In this document: piece after piece, positions 41,141 to 52,516 of the stretch | How positions within the stretch are numbered: the stretch's first letter is position 1 | Layout: each line of letters starts with the position of its first letter | Assembly: GCA_963824385.1 (NCBI GenBank) | Contig: CAWGPD010000004.1 | Location: 480,001 to 544,000 of the forward strand | Length of the DNA stretch: 64,000 bases | Source: an uncultured Nitrososphaerota archaeon | GTDB taxonomy: Archaea > Thermoproteota > Nitrososphaeria > Nitrososphaerales > Nitrosopumilaceae | Direction: 5' to 3' | The notes under the pieces: generated by a model | The model's input: the letters and a program-made list of their open reading frames with translations, nothing else | What the model was told of the DNA's origin: nothing | The model's database searches: none | Program-made: the position numbers and the translations under genes

Positions 41141-41813
41141 CTGTTACCCCAAGCATAGATTTGACTCTTTCAGTCAAGTTCGGTGTATGCGCCAGGGCAT
41201 CGATCATTTTCACTGCTTCTACTGCCTTTAATAATCCCTCTGAATCTTCACATGAAATTACTATCCATCCATTTTGACCTATTGTTATAATTGCTTTAGT
41301 AGCCATTTCAATTGTTTGAATCATAGAACCACGTTTGCCAATTAATCGAGGTACTTTGCTTGGAGAAATCTCAACGAGTTCACCTGAATCGATCTTGCCA
41401 AGATCTCTATCTTGTACTGTCAAAAGTGGATCTCTTGATCTATCAAAATTAGCAATTCTAGTTGCAACCAAATCTCCGATATCTAATCTTTGTTTGAGTT
41501 CATCTTTAGTAGGAGAATAATCTCTACCAAAAACATCTTGGGCTGGCAAAAATCCCACAAAGCATGAATTTATGTCAAACTCCCAAGAAAGAGGAGAAGT
41601 TCCAATTACTTTTCCTATAACCAAGTCATTTGCCTTTGGCATATATCCACCAGTGAGAGGAATAACTTTTACAGAATTTTCAAAAATTTCAGAAATTCCA
41701 ACACATGTTGAAATCATTCTGTCACCATCTTGGTACACATTTTGTTCAGGTCGTAGAGGACCAGTTGCTATAACATCGCCAGGAATAACATATCGTCTTT
41801 TTACATCCATCAT
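41109..41813 (-). CDS. rrp4: Exosome RNA-binding subunit Rrp4
   Basis: S1 + KH domains (KVPRLIGKRGSM, GQNGWI). Confidence 0.95.
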   Translation of the reverse strand: MMDVKRRYVIPGDVIATGPLRPEQNVYQDGDRMISTCVGISEIFENSVKVIPLTGGYMPKANDLVIGKVIGTSPLSWEFDINSCFVGFLPAQDVFGRDYSPTKDELKQRLDIGDLVATRIANFDRSRDPLLTVQDRDLGKIDSGELVEISPSKVPRLIGKRGSMIQTIEMATKAIITIGQNGWIVISCEDSEGLLKAVEAVKMIDALAHTPNLTERVKSMLGVTDGENNDTIND

Positions 41814-42500
41814 TTTGAAACCTCAATAGAAGCAGTACCCTTTGTTACCGATCCTAATCTGTCCATTACATTTGCTCTTGCCGCCGCCGGTATATCTAGT
41901 ATTACTTTGAGTCCACCGTTTGATTGCCATTCTTCTTTTTTCAAAGTTCCAAAGGACTTTAAAACAGAATAAGATTGTGCGGCAAATTGAGCCGGCACTA
42001 GAATTTCTAGAAGCATATTTTCAGACTTTAACGGAATTATCGATCGAAGTTGTTCTATTATTTCTTTTATCTGTTCATCAGTATTTCTAAAAGGATCAAC
42101 TGATACCCTTGCATCATCCATAGACTTGTTCTATCCTAAGTGGAGGATGCGGAAGATGGGATCTTGGATCAACATAGCTTTTAGCAATAAAGTCTACTAT
42201 TTGTTTACGTTTCTCAGACACCATCTTTCTTCGCTGATCAGTAGTAAGATTCAGTTCTCCTTTTTCAAGCATTATAGTAGCAATTACATTTGAGTCAGTG
42301 GTTTTGAATGCCTTCATAAGTTTCTCTGTAGATGCCCTTGTTCCTTTATTGGAATCAGTGTAAATCTCATCTGAAATCAATACTCCAGAGATGTCCTTAC
42401 GCTTACCTATCTTAAATTCCAAAGCAGGATCTGGTTTTACCAATATTTCGAACTTTTCTCCTTCTACTGAGAACCTCACGACTGTTACTTTGGTATCCAT
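41810..42500 (-). CDS. Ribosome maturation factor SBDS/Sdo1 (1-nt insertion at ~42124)
   Basis: FEILVKPD and PHPPLRIEQAMDDA after repair. Confidence 0.94.
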
Positions 42501-42585
42501 AATTGGGGTACTCGTACACGGTATTTATCTATAAAGAAAAACTCGCTAGATTTTTATTTGGAATTTTAGTCCCTTTTCGTAAGAT

Positions 42586-43222
42586 TTGACTTCTTTAGAG
42601 ATTGTTGAGGAAAGTGGTAACAATATGGTTGTAAAATTGAAAGGCATACCTATTCAATATGCTAATGCACTTAGACGAATTTGCCTATCAGGAATTCCCA
42701 CATTTGCTATCGACGATGTTGTAATTATTGAAAATTCATCAGTTTTGCCTGATGAAGGAGTAGCTCATAGACTTGCAATGATGCCATTAAAAACAGATCT
42801 TGAGAGATTTATTGAGCCATCCGCATGTGACTGCCATAGTGAACTTGGTTGTAGTCGATGCAGAGTCTTACTTATGCTTGATTCCGGCAGTACAGATACA
42901 ACTCGTACAATAACTTCAGCAGAAATTAGCTCAGAAGATGAAGTTGTAAAGCCTGTTAGTCCTAACATTCCAATTGTTGCACTCAGCTCCTAGTCAGAAA
43001 TTAAAGGTTGAAGCATATGCAAGATTAGGCAGAGGCAGTGATCATGCCAAATGGAATTCTGCCACAGTCTCAGCCCTTACATCTACAAATAATCCCGATG
43101 AACATGTTTTATTGATAGAGACTACAGGTAGTTTGACCCCAAAAGAGGTTCTAAGAGCAGCCATTGAAGAGCTTGAAAAAAGATTAGGCGAATTCCAGAA
43201 GAACGTAGCCGCACTCGGTTGA
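42586..43222 (+). CDS. rpoD: RNA polymerase subunit Rpo3/D (frameshift at ~42984)
   Basis: ANALRR, NSSVLPDEGVAHRL and HAKW motifs. Confidence 0.95.
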
Positions 43223-43262
43223 AGCATATATTATATTTGGGTAAAAGTGGGCATTATTACAC

Positions 43263-43610
43263 ATGACTAATCAAGTTGTTATTCAAATGGTAAAGACCTT
43301 GCGTAGCGCATCAAAGAAGAATAATGCACCCATCTGGGAAAAACTGGCAGAACTTGCCTTAAAACCAACTAGAGCCAAGAGAACACTCAACTTGGGCCAG
43401 ATCGATAAATTTGCATCAGACAATGATGTAATAATAGTTCCAGGAAAAATATTAGGAACAGGAAGCCTTTCACATAAAATAACATTATGTTCATTTTCAA
43501 TATCATCTAGCGGTGCAAAGAAGATAGTAGAGTCTGGTGGAAAGATATTAGATATCTCTCAAATTATCAAGAATCATCCAACAGGAAAAGGAGTGAAAAT
43601 CATTGGTTAA
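43263..43610 (+). CDS. rpl18e: 50S ribosomal protein eL18
   Basis: IIVPGKILGTG; follows rpoD. Confidence 0.95.
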   Translation: MTNQVVIQMVKTLRSASKKNNAPIWEKLAELALKPTRAKRTLNLGQIDKFASDNDVIIVPGKILGTGSLSHKITLCSFSISSSGAKKIVESGGKILDISQIIKNHPTGKGVKIIG

Positions 43611-44083
43611 ACAAGTTACCGAAGTAAAATCATTAGAGAAGAATCCAGCTTCACAAACAATCATAGTGGATGGAACAAATTTAATTGCAGGTAGACTTTG
43701 TTCGCATGTTGCCAAACTACTCATAAAAGGAAATAGAGTATCAATTGTAAATTCTGAAAATATCATGATTTCGGGAGATAGAAAAGCAATCATAGAAGAA
43801 TATAGAAAGTTTTTGGAAGTAGCTAGTATCAATAATCCTAAATTTGGTCCATTTCATCCTCGTAGACCAGACACTATCATAAGCAGAATGGTAAGAGGAA
43901 TGCTACCAAAGAACAAGCCATCAGGTAAGACATCTTTGAAAAGATTAAGAGCTTATCTCGGAGTACCAAATGAATTAAGAATCAAAGAAGACAACACAGT
44001 TCGATGATGCAAAAATTAGAAGACCTTCTCCATATTATACAACTCTGGGAGAATTAGGTAAGATGGTTGGGTGGCACGAATAA
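43603..44083 (+). CDS. rpl13: 50S ribosomal protein uL13 (1-nt insertion at ~43981)
   Basis: GPFHPRRPD and VRGMLP motifs; restoring GATC gives the C-terminus ...TTLGELGKMVGWHE*. Confidence 0.95.
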
Positions 44084-44526
44084 TGGTAAAGTTGGAAAGC
44101 TATTATGCATCTAGAAAGACTGCACGAGCACATGCATTTATCACAAAAGGAGTAGGTCGTGTTAGAATTAACAATGTTCCAGTAGAAATGGTTCAACAAG
44201 AAGTAGCACGAGAAATAATGTTAGGACCTTTAGAAGTTGCAGGAGATCTTAGAAACAAAATAGATGTTTCAGTCAAAGTCAAAGGCGGTGGTTTTGTTGG
44301 ACAATCATATGCAAGTGCAATTGCAATTTCAAGAGCCATGACAGGATGGACAAAGACTAGAAAAGAACCAAAGGATCACCCACTTACAAGAACTGTGAGA
44401 GAAGATCTTAGAAAACGATTAACAGAATTCGACAAACATTTGCTAAGCGGTGATGATAGACGCAAGGAACCAAAGAAATTTGGCGGTCCTGGTGCTAGAA
44501 GAAGAAAACAGAAATCGTATAGATAG
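44083..44526 (+). CDS. rps9: 30S ribosomal protein uS9
   Basis: EPKKFGGPGARRRKQKSYR C-terminus. Confidence 0.97.
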   Translation: MVKLESYYASRKTARAHAFITKGVGRVRINNVPVEMVQQEVAREIMLGPLEVAGDLRNKIDVSVKVKGGGFVGQSYASAIAISRAMTGWTKTRKEPKDHPLTRTVREDLRKRLTEFDKHLLSGDDRRKEPKKFGGPGARRRKQKSYR

Positions 44527-44528
44527 TC

Positions 44529-45263
44529 TTGAAAGCTGTAATTCTGGCAGGAGGCCGTGGAACACGTGGAAGGCCATTTACAGATTACATTCCAAAAGCA
44601 ATGATTCCAGTACAGGGAAGACCTCTCATTTATCATGTTGTTAGATATCTTTCCAAGTTTGATATTATTGATAGCATAATCATACTAGGGGATTTCTCAG
44701 GAATTGGAAAACAGATAGAGAAATATTTTGAAAATCACATTTCAGTTAAAAAACCAATAAAATTCATACAAGATTCACAGAGTGGAACAGGTGGAGACCT
44801 CATTCACCTAAGCACGGCAATTGGAAAGAATAAAGAGTTCATTTTGTGGTTTGTTGACAATCTATGCCCTGTTGACATAAACAAGATGTATCGTTTTCAC
44901 ATGGACTCCAAGACTACTGCTACAATAGCTGTGAGAAGATATAGAAAAGAAGAAACAGGATTTGCGATAGTAAATAATGGAATCATTGATGAATTTAAAG
45001 AAAAACCTACAATTGAATTACAGATGGCAGAATGTCTAGGGATATATATCATAAATTCTGAAATAATAAATAAAATAAAAATTAAAAAACAAAAAAAGAA
45101 AGATCTGAATTTGTCTTATGATATTTTGCAACCATTATCCAAAAAAAGAAAGATTGCAGCTTATGATATAGGAAAAACCCAGTGGTTAGACATAGATTCT
45201 CCAACACGTGTTGATAGAAACAAAGAATTAGTTGATTCCATAATAAAGAAATGCGGCACTTAG
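44529..45263 (+). CDS. Sugar-phosphate nucleotidyltransferase
   Basis: ILAGGRGTR, PKAMIPV and FKEKP motifs. Confidence 0.9.
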   Translation: MKAVILAGGRGTRGRPFTDYIPKAMIPVQGRPLIYHVVRYLSKFDIIDSIIILGDFSGIGKQIEKYFENHISVKKPIKFIQDSQSGTGGDLIHLSTAIGKNKEFILWFVDNLCPVDINKMYRFHMDSKTTATIAVRRYRKEETGFAIVNNGIIDEFKEKPTIELQMAECLGIYIINSEIINKIKIKKQKKKDLNLSYDILQPLSKKRKIAAYDIGKTQWLDIDSPTRVDRNKELVDSIIKKCGT

Positions 45264-45832
45264 ATTTTGTGAGAACGTTCGTATTTCGTAATTTGACTTT
45301 CGTGTTGTAAAGTCATTGCAATATCATCGAGACCTTCAAGTAGAATCTTTTTCCAATGATGCTCAATATCAAATGAGACATGTGTGGAATTTACCACGAT
45401 TGTTTGATTTTCCAAATCTACTTCAATTTCAGATTTTGTTGAAAATAATTTCTGTAGTATTTCATCTGATACCCTAATTGGTAAAATTCCATTTTTGAAA
45501 CAATTATTATAAAATATATCAGCAAAAGATGTAGAGATTATCACCTTAAACCCAAAATCATCAAGTGCCCACACTGCATGTTCCCTGCTAGAACCGCAGC
45601 CAAAGTTATCTCTAGCAAGTAAGATCTTGGAATTCTTGTATGTCGGATCATTTAAGACGAAATCTTTTCTTAGAATACCACTTTGGTCATACCTCCAGTC
45701 ATAAAACAAGTATTGACCAAAACCAGTTCTCTGAATTAGTTTTAGAAATTGTTTTGGAACCATTTGATCAGTATCAACATTAACCTTGTCAAGTGGTGTA
45801 ACTATGCTTTTTATCTTCTGGAATGGTTCCAT
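45260..45832 (-). CDS. leuD: 3-isopropylmalate dehydratase small subunit
   Basis: VDTDQMVPKQFL and NFGCGSSREHA motifs. Confidence 0.94.
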   Translation of the reverse strand: MEPFQKIKSIVTPLDKVNVDTDQMVPKQFLKLIQRTGFGQYLFYDWRYDQSGILRKDFVLNDPTYKNSKILLARDNFGCGSSREHAVWALDDFGFKVIISTSFADIFYNNCFKNGILPIRVSDEILQKLFSTKSEIEVDLENQTIVVNSTHVSFDIEHHWKKILLEGLDDIAMTLQHESQITKYERSHKI

Positions 45833-45833
45833 T

Positions 45834-47246
45834 CTAATTCAGATCCAATTCTCTTACATCTATAAAATGACCATTAATTGCAGCTGCAGCAGCCATTACA
45901 GGACTTACAAGGTGTGTCCTCCCACCAGAACCTTGTCTTCCTTCAAAGTTTCTGTTTGAGGTACTAGCACATCTCTCACCTGCTGCTAAAATATCAGGAT
46001 TCATGCCAAGACACATGCTACAGCCAGATTCTCTCCATTCAAATCCAGCATCTTTGAATATTTTATCAAGACCCATCTCTTCTGCATTTTTCTTTACTAG
46101 TTGTGACCCAGGTACTACCATTGCTCGCACTTTTGATGAAACCTTTTTTCCTTTTACAACTTTTGCTGCTTCCATCAAGTCTTCTAATCTTGCATTAGTG
46201 CATGATCCAATGAATACTCTATCAATTACAATATCCACAATAGGAGTGCCAGGTTTAAGATCCATATACTGGAGTGCCTTTGTTGCACCTTTCACTTCTT
46301 CTGGATTTCCTTTACCATATTCTTCTGGGAATGGTACACTCTCGGTTACATCAGATGTCATGGCAGGATTAGTTCCCCAGCTAACCTGAGGTGCAATGTT
46401 TTCTGCACTTAGGGTAAAGGATTTATCAAATTTTGCTCCGCTGTCTGTTTTTAGATTTTCACGCCAATCATTTACAAGTTCATCGTAATTATTTGGAGTA
46501 TATTTTCGTCCTTTAAGATACTGGAAAGTTTTTTCGTCAGGTGCAATCAATCCAGCACGTGCTCCTGCCTCTATAGACATGTTACATATTGTCATTCTCT
46601 GCTCCATTGTCAATTCAGATATAGTGTCACCACGGTATTCAATTACAGTTCCAGTTCCTCCCGCAGTTCCAATTTTTCTAATAATTGACAAGATTATGTC
46701 TTTTGCAGTTACAGCATGTGGATTCTTTCTTTTTCCTTGGATTTTGATTTCAAAAGTTTTCGGTTTTTCCATCATAATACATTGTGTTGCTAAGACATGT
46801 TCAACATCACTTGTACCAATTCCAAATGCAAGCGAGCCAAAAGCACCATGTGTTGATGTATGACTATCACCACAGACGATTGTTGTTCCCGGAAGGGTAA
46901 TTCCTAATTCTGGACCTATTACGTGCACAATACCTTGATTTGGACTATGAATGTCAAAGAGAGTAATTCCAAATTCTTTACAATTTCTTTCAAGGACTTT
47001 GATTTGCACAGATGATGTCTGATCTAAGATAGGTAATGATCTATCACTTGTAGGTACGTTATGATCCATTGTTGCATATGTAAGATCAGGACGTCTTACT
47101 TTTCTTGAATTAAGGCGTAAACCATCAAAAGCTTGAGGAGATGTAACTTCATGAATAAGATGTCTGTCTACATAAAGTAGAGAACGTCCATCTTCATCTA
47201 CAACAATATGCGAGTCCCATATTTTTTCAAATAATGTTTTTGACAT
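45834..47246 (-). CDS. leuC: 3-isopropylmalate dehydratase large subunit (bacterial-type)
   Basis: [28 protein letters not shown] and NRNFEGRQG motifs. Confidence 0.95.
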   Translation of the reverse strand: MSKTLFEKIWDSHIVVDEDGRSLLYVDRHLIHEVTSPQAFDGLRLNSRKVRRPDLTYATMDHNVPTSDRSLPILDQTSSVQIKVLERNCKEFGITLFDIHSPNQGIVHVIGPELGITLPGTTIVCGDSHTSTHGAFGSLAFGIGTSDVEHVLATQCIMMEKPKTFEIKIQGKRKNPHAVTAKDIILSIIRKIGTAGGTGTVIEYRGDTISELTMEQRMTICNMSIEAGARAGLIAPDEKTFQYLKGRKYTPNNYDELVNDWRENLKTDSGAKFDKSFTLSAENIAPQVSWGTNPAMTSDVTESVPFPEEYGKGNPEEVKGATKALQYMDLKPGTPIVDIVIDRVFIGSCTNARLEDLMEAAKVVKGKKVSSKVRAMVVPGSQLVKKNAEEMGLDKIFKDAGFEWRESGCSMCLGMNPDILAAGERCASTSNRNFEGRQGSGGRTHLVSPVMAAAAAINGHFIDVRELDLN

Positions 47247-47294
47247 TCAGATCATCTTAATCAAAACCGGAGATATAATGGTATTATATTCAAT

Positions 47295-47777
47295 CTAAGG
47301 TTTGTAATTGAATAGCCCGCCAGCTTCTATTATTTTACCTATCAATTCTGGAAAAGGCTTCATTTTGTAAATTTTATTTTTGGTTAGGTTTTTAATTTCG
47401 TTTTTAGATATATCTACTTCAAGTGAATCTGTATCAGATATATCATGATATGCACTTTCATCAATTTCAATTGGGAGTAAGAAGACTCCGTCTACAGCAT
47501 TTCTATAAAAAATTCTTGCAAAAGACAAAGCCAATACTGCCTTTACTCCAGAATAAGATAGAGCTATAGGAGCATGTTCTCTAGAAGAGCCACAGCCAAA
47601 GTTTTTTCCTGCGACAATAAAATCACCGGGTTTAACCCGTTTATGAAAATCCTTGTCAAGTCCTTCCATGGCATGTTTTGCCAACTCGGCATAATCATGA
47701 ATCTTAAGATAAGGACCTGGTAAAATTACATCAGTATCTATGTTATCTCGTTCATATTTTATTACAGAGCCTTTCAT
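47295..47777 (-). CDS. Second aconitase-family small subunit (homoaconitase/IPMI type)
   Basis: IDTDVILPG, NFGCGSSREHAP and SFARIFYRN motifs. Confidence 0.9.
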   Translation of the reverse strand: MKGSVIKYERDNIDTDVILPGPYLKIHDYAELAKHAMEGLDKDFHKRVKPGDFIVAGKNFGCGSSREHAPIALSYSGVKAVLALSFARIFYRNAVDGVFLLPIEIDESAYHDISDTDSLEVDISKNEIKNLTKNKIYKMKPFPELIGKIIEAGGLFNYKP

Positions 47778-49048
47778 TTCAAATCCCTCGGATCAGTAAT
47801 CTTTCCTGTTATAGCAGATGCTGCTGCAACAAGTGGAGATGCAAGATATGTCTGAGATTCCACATGCCCCATTCTTCCTGGAAAGTTTCTGTTTGTAGTA
47901 CTGATACAAATTTCATCTTTTGCCAATACTCCCATATGAGCACCGCAGCAGGCGCCACAGGTAGGAGGTCCTACAACTACTCCAGCATCTAAGAAAATTT
48001 TCAACAATCCTTCTTCCATGGCTTTTCTAAATATCGATATTGCCGCAGGTAACACCTCAGTTCTTATTTTTACAGTTCGTCCCTTGAGAATTTTTGCTGC
48101 AGCTCGTAAATCTTCTAGCTTTGCACCAGTGCATGAACCAATGTATGCTTTATCAAGTTCAATTGAAGACAAGTCACGTGCAATAGCAATATTTTCAGGA
48201 GAGAATGGTTTTGCTACAGTTGGTTCTATTTCTGAACCTTCATACTCGTAAATTTTTTCATATTGAGCATCTGCATCACTATGAACTTCGTCATATTTTG
48301 TAGCTCCTTTTGCTGCAAGATAATCTCGTAATTTTTGGTCTGGTTCAACTATACCACTCTTGGCACCTGCTTCGGTTGTCATATTTGTTAGTGTCAATCT
48401 ACCTTCAACTGACATTTCGGATATGCCTGTACCTCCAAATTGCATTGTCTTGTATGCTGCACCATCATTTCCAATGTCTCCAATTATTTTCAATATCAAA
48501 TCTTTTGCCATCACATGATCTGGAAGTTTTCCATTTCACTTAAAGTATAATGTCTCAGGTACCTTGAACCAAATTTTACCATTTAATAAAACATATGCAA
48601 CATCTGTATGTCCAAGACCTGCCGCAAATGCCCCAAGAGCACCTGTAGTATTTGTGTGAGAATCTCCTCCAACATACACTTCTCCTGGAAGCACCATGGC
48701 TTCCTCGTGAGACAAAGTATGACATATGCCATATTGACCCATTCCATATTTGAAATGCTTCTTAATTCCAAATTGTTTTGTAAAGTTTGTTAGTGATACA
48801 ATATTTTGTGCTGATATTTTATCGGCTGCAGGTACAAAGTGATCTTCTGCAACCCACACTCTATCTGGATTCCATAATTTTTCAATTTTCATTCCAGTCT
48901 TCTTCAATTTTTCAAAAACTGCTATTACTCCTGGTCCAGATACATCGTGAATCATCACCTTATCAACATTAACAAAAATCACGTCTCCGGGGGAAACCTT
49001 TGATTTTCCAGAAGCACGGGCTAGGATCTTTTCAGTAATATTCAACAT
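47774..49048 (-). CDS. Second aconitase-family large subunit (homoaconitase/IPMI type); in-frame TGA at 48536-48538 is probably a miscalled CTA
   Basis: Both ORFs are in the same frame; GDSHT, GSCTG, CGAC and NRNFPGRMG motifs. Confidence 0.9.
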
Positions 49049-49117
49049 AAAAAATCAACTTGCAAGAAATTAAAATGTTTGCAGAACCCTAAATAGTAAT
49101 TATTATTTAAAACAGAC

Positions 49118-49888
49118 ATGCCTCTTACAGTTTTACCTATAAAATCCACATTAAAAAAAGAACAATTCGATTTGTTTGAAAGCCTTGTAATAGATTTGAA
49201 TGATGCTAATATGGTTCCTGTAAATGGCGATGTAATAGTTATTTCAAGCAAGTATGTTGCAAATTCACAGGACAGAATTTTAGAGTATGGTAAAGTTATG
49301 CCTTCATTTGATGCAGAAAAAATTGGCAAGAAATTCCACATGAAACCCACGATAACAGAAATAATTCTTAGGGAGTCAGATACAATATTTGGTGGAATTC
49401 CAGGATTTGTTATCACATCGTCAGACAATATTATGGCACCAAATGCAGGAATAGATAAATCCAATACACAGAGTGGAACTGTAATTTTATATCCAAACGA
49501 GCCATATCTTGTGGCAGAACATCTCAGAAGAAAATTTCTGTTAAAGTATAATGTACATGTTGGAATAATCATCACAGACAGCAGACTAATGCCTGGAAGA
49601 GTTGGAACTGTAGGAGTTGCAATAGCTTGTTCAGGTATTGAGCCAACTTCTGATCTTCGAGGAGAAAAGGATTTGTATGGTAATTCTCTCAAAGTTACTT
49701 TTCAAGCCATAGCAGATGATCTTGCATCAATAGCAAATCTAAAGATGGGTGAAGGTTCAGATGCAACTCCATATGCGTTAATTAGAGATTCTGATGCGAT
49801 ACTCACTGATAGAAAAATAAGAGAAAATGACATGGCTATATCGTATGAACAATGTGTCTATGTTCGTGGACTAGGAACGAGAATTTAA
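49118..49888 (+). CDS. cofE: Coenzyme F420-0:L-glutamate ligase
   Basis: NAGIDKSN, IITDSR, DLRGEKDLYG and MGEG motifs. Confidence 0.9.
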   Translation: MPLTVLPIKSTLKKEQFDLFESLVIDLNDANMVPVNGDVIVISSKYVANSQDRILEYGKVMPSFDAEKIGKKFHMKPTITEIILRESDTIFGGIPGFVITSSDNIMAPNAGIDKSNTQSGTVILYPNEPYLVAEHLRRKFLLKYNVHVGIIITDSRLMPGRVGTVGVAIACSGIEPTSDLRGEKDLYGNSLKVTFQAIADDLASIANLKMGEGSDATPYALIRDSDAILTDRKIRENDMAISYEQCVYVRGLGTRI

Positions 49889-49929
49889 GACAACTATAGT
49901 TTTAATATGACTAAAATGGACGCAGAGTC

Positions 49930-50481
49930 ATGGTAGAGTTTCTTACAAGATATCCCAAAACCATGTATTTTGTAGATGGCAACAAGAGCAAGGTCAAGGT
50001 TGACACAAAAGGAGTAGAACAACTCACCATAGTAGTAAAGAAAAGCGTCGAGGAACTATTGAAGATATTTTCTCACGAAGGTTTCACTCATGTAAAATTT
50101 GAACACAAACAGGAAGCGCAGATTGGCAGTGGTTTGTCTCTTAAGCTAAAAAAACCATGGGAGATGCATGTAAGACTATTAGAAATGAAAAAAGGCCTTG
50201 TTGCAATACAGGCAGAAGTAGAAGTATCACGTGATTATCTACAGCATCTCTTTTGTCAGAGAACTCCAGTATTTTATGAGGTAGAAACACTGCTAAAAAA
50301 ACATCAGATAGAATACAAAATTTGGAACGAACGAATAAGAAAGTATGTCAATACAGTCATCGATAACTACAAAGTCAAACTTGCCACTCCAAGTTTTCCA
50401 GTATTAGCATGGAAACCTATGGTATATGCGATTTCAACAATAGGCATATTGTATCTTTTCAAGTATATCATGACAGTTTAG
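49930..50481 (+). CDS. Hypothetical protein with C-terminal TM anchor
   Basis: 183-aa ORF; hydrophobic C-terminus. Confidence 0.65.
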   Translation: MVEFLTRYPKTMYFVDGNKSKVKVDTKGVEQLTIVVKKSVEELLKIFSHEGFTHVKFEHKQEAQIGSGLSLKLKKPWEMHVRLLEMKKGLVAIQAEVEVSRDYLQHLFCQRTPVFYEVETLLKKHQIEYKIWNERIRKYVNTVIDNYKVKLATPSFPVLAWKPMVYAISTIGILYLFKYIMTV

Positions 50482-50516
50482 AACCTTTAATTAGAAATTT
50501 TCACCATTGTCTGTAA

Positions 50517-51050
50517 ATGAGTACAACCAAACTTCCACTTTCTCTAAGATTTTATGGTATTTCTCCATGGGAGCTTGAAATTTTTTACACTCTATTACAT
50601 AACATGTTCAGTGTAAATGAAGATCCCAATGCTAACCAAGATGAAGATTTTACAACGATGATGAATATTACATTTCCAATAGAGTTCAATGAAACATTTT
50701 TCAAATGGTTTGGAACTCCACGATGGGACAAAGTCAAGGGAATAATAAAAGAAATGAAACGCAGAAGAGGAGGAGGGAATAGTTTACGTGTATACTTAAA
50801 ATTCACAGGAAAGCCAGATATTACATTTACAATAGATCTAGACGACAGACGTTCATTTGACACTGCTGTTGATAAGATTGACTTTGTCCTAGAATTGTTA
50901 CCATATCATCTTGATCCCAAAAAATTACCCAAAGAAATTACCGAAGTTTCATATCAATTTGATTACATCAGTGGAAAATGGAATGTTAGAGCAGGTCCAG
51001 TAGGAGAACAAACATATCAATTTTCAGAAAATGAATGGAAGATTACTTGA
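50517..51050 (+). CDS. Hypothetical protein
   Basis: 177-aa ORF with TTTAATTA upstream. Confidence 0.65.
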   Translation: MSTTKLPLSLRFYGISPWELEIFYTLLHNMFSVNEDPNANQDEDFTTMMNITFPIEFNETFFKWFGTPRWDKVKGIIKEMKRRRGGGNSLRVYLKFTGKPDITFTIDLDDRRSFDTAVDKIDFVLELLPYHLDPKKLPKEITEVSYQFDYISGKWNVRAGPVGEQTYQFSENEWKIT

Positions 51051-51477
51051 TTTCTTTTTCAAGAGGTTCTAACATAGAATGCAGTTCACGGTATTTTTTT
51101 TCAATAAAATCTAGTGATTCTTCCAGTTTCTTTGATTTCCCATACTTGTATCTGATTAATTCTCTATGTCTCCAAAAATTTTTCCCCTCTCCTATTGATA
51201 CAGTACTAAAATAATCAGGACCTTTGAGTTTATCAGGAATCTTAATACTATATGGAAAAAGAAATTCTGCCATAAACCATTCATCGCCATCAGGATAATC
51301 AGAACCCGTATCAATATCAAAGAAGAGATGTAGTAAATTAGTTTGCATTAGTCCATCATCTCTAATTGTGGGATGTTTCACGTTTGATTTTTTAAAATCA
51401 AGTTTTACCAAGTTGGGTTCGAAATATCCATCAATTATAGATTTACGAAATATCTTGTTTACTTCTTCCAGATTCAA
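51043..51477 (-). CDS. Hypothetical protein
   Basis: 144-aa ORF. Confidence 0.6.
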   Translation of the reverse strand: MNLEEVNKIFRKSIIDGYFEPNLVKLDFKKSNVKHPTIRDDGLMQTNLLHLFFDIDTGSDYPDGDEWFMAEFLFPYSIKIPDKLKGPDYFSTVSIGEGKNFWRHRELIRYKYGKSKKLEESLDFIEKKYRELHSMLEPLEKEIK

Positions 51478-51550
51478 AGTAGAATTACTCTTTTTACGAA
51501 GATGCTAATAACTTATTTCATTATTTGAGATACTACTGTGTTTCCAAAAG

Positions 51551-52516
51551 TTAGATTTCTAGCTTGTCAAGCATTTTAGATATATCAGATATTGACTTGC
51601 CTCCAGCAGAAATTTCTTGATATGCGGGAGGATTTTCAAGATAGTTTGGAATTCGGTCTAACATTCTTTGGTCATATGATTGTGCTATATCATTTTGGTA
51701 AAATATTCCTGTTGGGATCTTTGAATCCCATTCGTTAGATTTTATCAATGCTTGAGTTAGTTTTTCATTTTCTTCTTCTGGCGAGTCAATATGTACAACT
51801 GGATCATACCCCACATCCTCAAGCTTGTAGATTCTAGGTCTTGGCCTATTTGTCATTTCATCAATGTTATCCATTCCTGAGAACCAATCTCTTGTATTGA
51901 TATCATTGTAAGTAGGACATGGTTGTAAAACATCAAGAAATGAAAGACCTCTGTGTTTTATTGCTGCAATAATCAAGTCCTTGAGCTGTCTAACATCATA
52001 TGCATAACCTCTTGCAACAAATGTAAATCCACTTGCAATAGCTAATGCAATAGGATTTACTGATTGATTGACATTGGGTTCTGGGAGAGATTTGGTCTTC
52101 AATCCAAGTTTTAGTGTAGGAGACGCTTGTCCTTTTGTAAGACCGTACACTCCATTATTAAAAATAAGATAAGTCATGTCCACATTTCTTCTACCTGCTG
52201 CGACAAAATGTCCTGCTCCAATTCCCAATCCATCACCGTCTCCACCTACTGCAACAACAGTCATCTCAGGATTTGCAAGTTTTGCACCCTGTGAAAATGG
52301 AAGTACTCTACCATGCAAAGTATGAACACCATACACATTAAGATAATGAGATGTTTTTCCAGAACATCCAACTCCAGAAAATATCGCAGCTTTATGTCTT
52401 GGAATTTCCATTTCTGCCATTGCCATTTGAATTGCACTAACAATTCCAAAATCTCCACATCCTGGACACCAATCATTGTGTACTTCAGTCTTGTAATCTG
52501 CTACATTAGACACCAT
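51551..52516 (-). CDS. 2-oxoacid:ferredoxin oxidoreductase beta subunit
   Basis: WCPGCG, GDGD...NN TPP-binding motif and GQASPT. Confidence 0.95.
   Translation of the reverse strand: MVSNVADYKTEVHNDWCPGCGDFGIVSAIQMAMAEMEIPRHKAAIFSGVGCSGKTSHYLNVYGVHTLHGRVLPFSQGAKLANPEMTVVAVGGDGDGLGIGAGHFVAAGRRNVDMTYLIFNNGVYGLTKGQASPTLKLGLKTKSLPEPNVNQSVNPIALAIASGFTFVARGYAYDVRQLKDLIIAAIKHRGLSFLDVLQPCPTYNDINTRDWFSGMDNIDEMTNRPRPRIYKLEDVGYDPVVHIDSPEEENEKLTQALIKSNEWDSKIPTGIFYQNDIAQSYDQRMLDRIPNYLENPPAYQEISAGGKSISDISKMLDKLEI

Noticed and set aside
48536..48538. In-frame TGA as selenocysteine or read-through
   Set aside because: The position is not a Cys ligand; AAG-TGA-AAT is explained by miscalled AAG-CTA-AAT (an AGCT site).
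49042..49692. 216-aa antisense ORF and the many other short antisense/overlapping ORFs in the track
   Set aside because: They are shadows of well-supported genes on the opposite strand or frame (here cofE) with no recognisable motifs.
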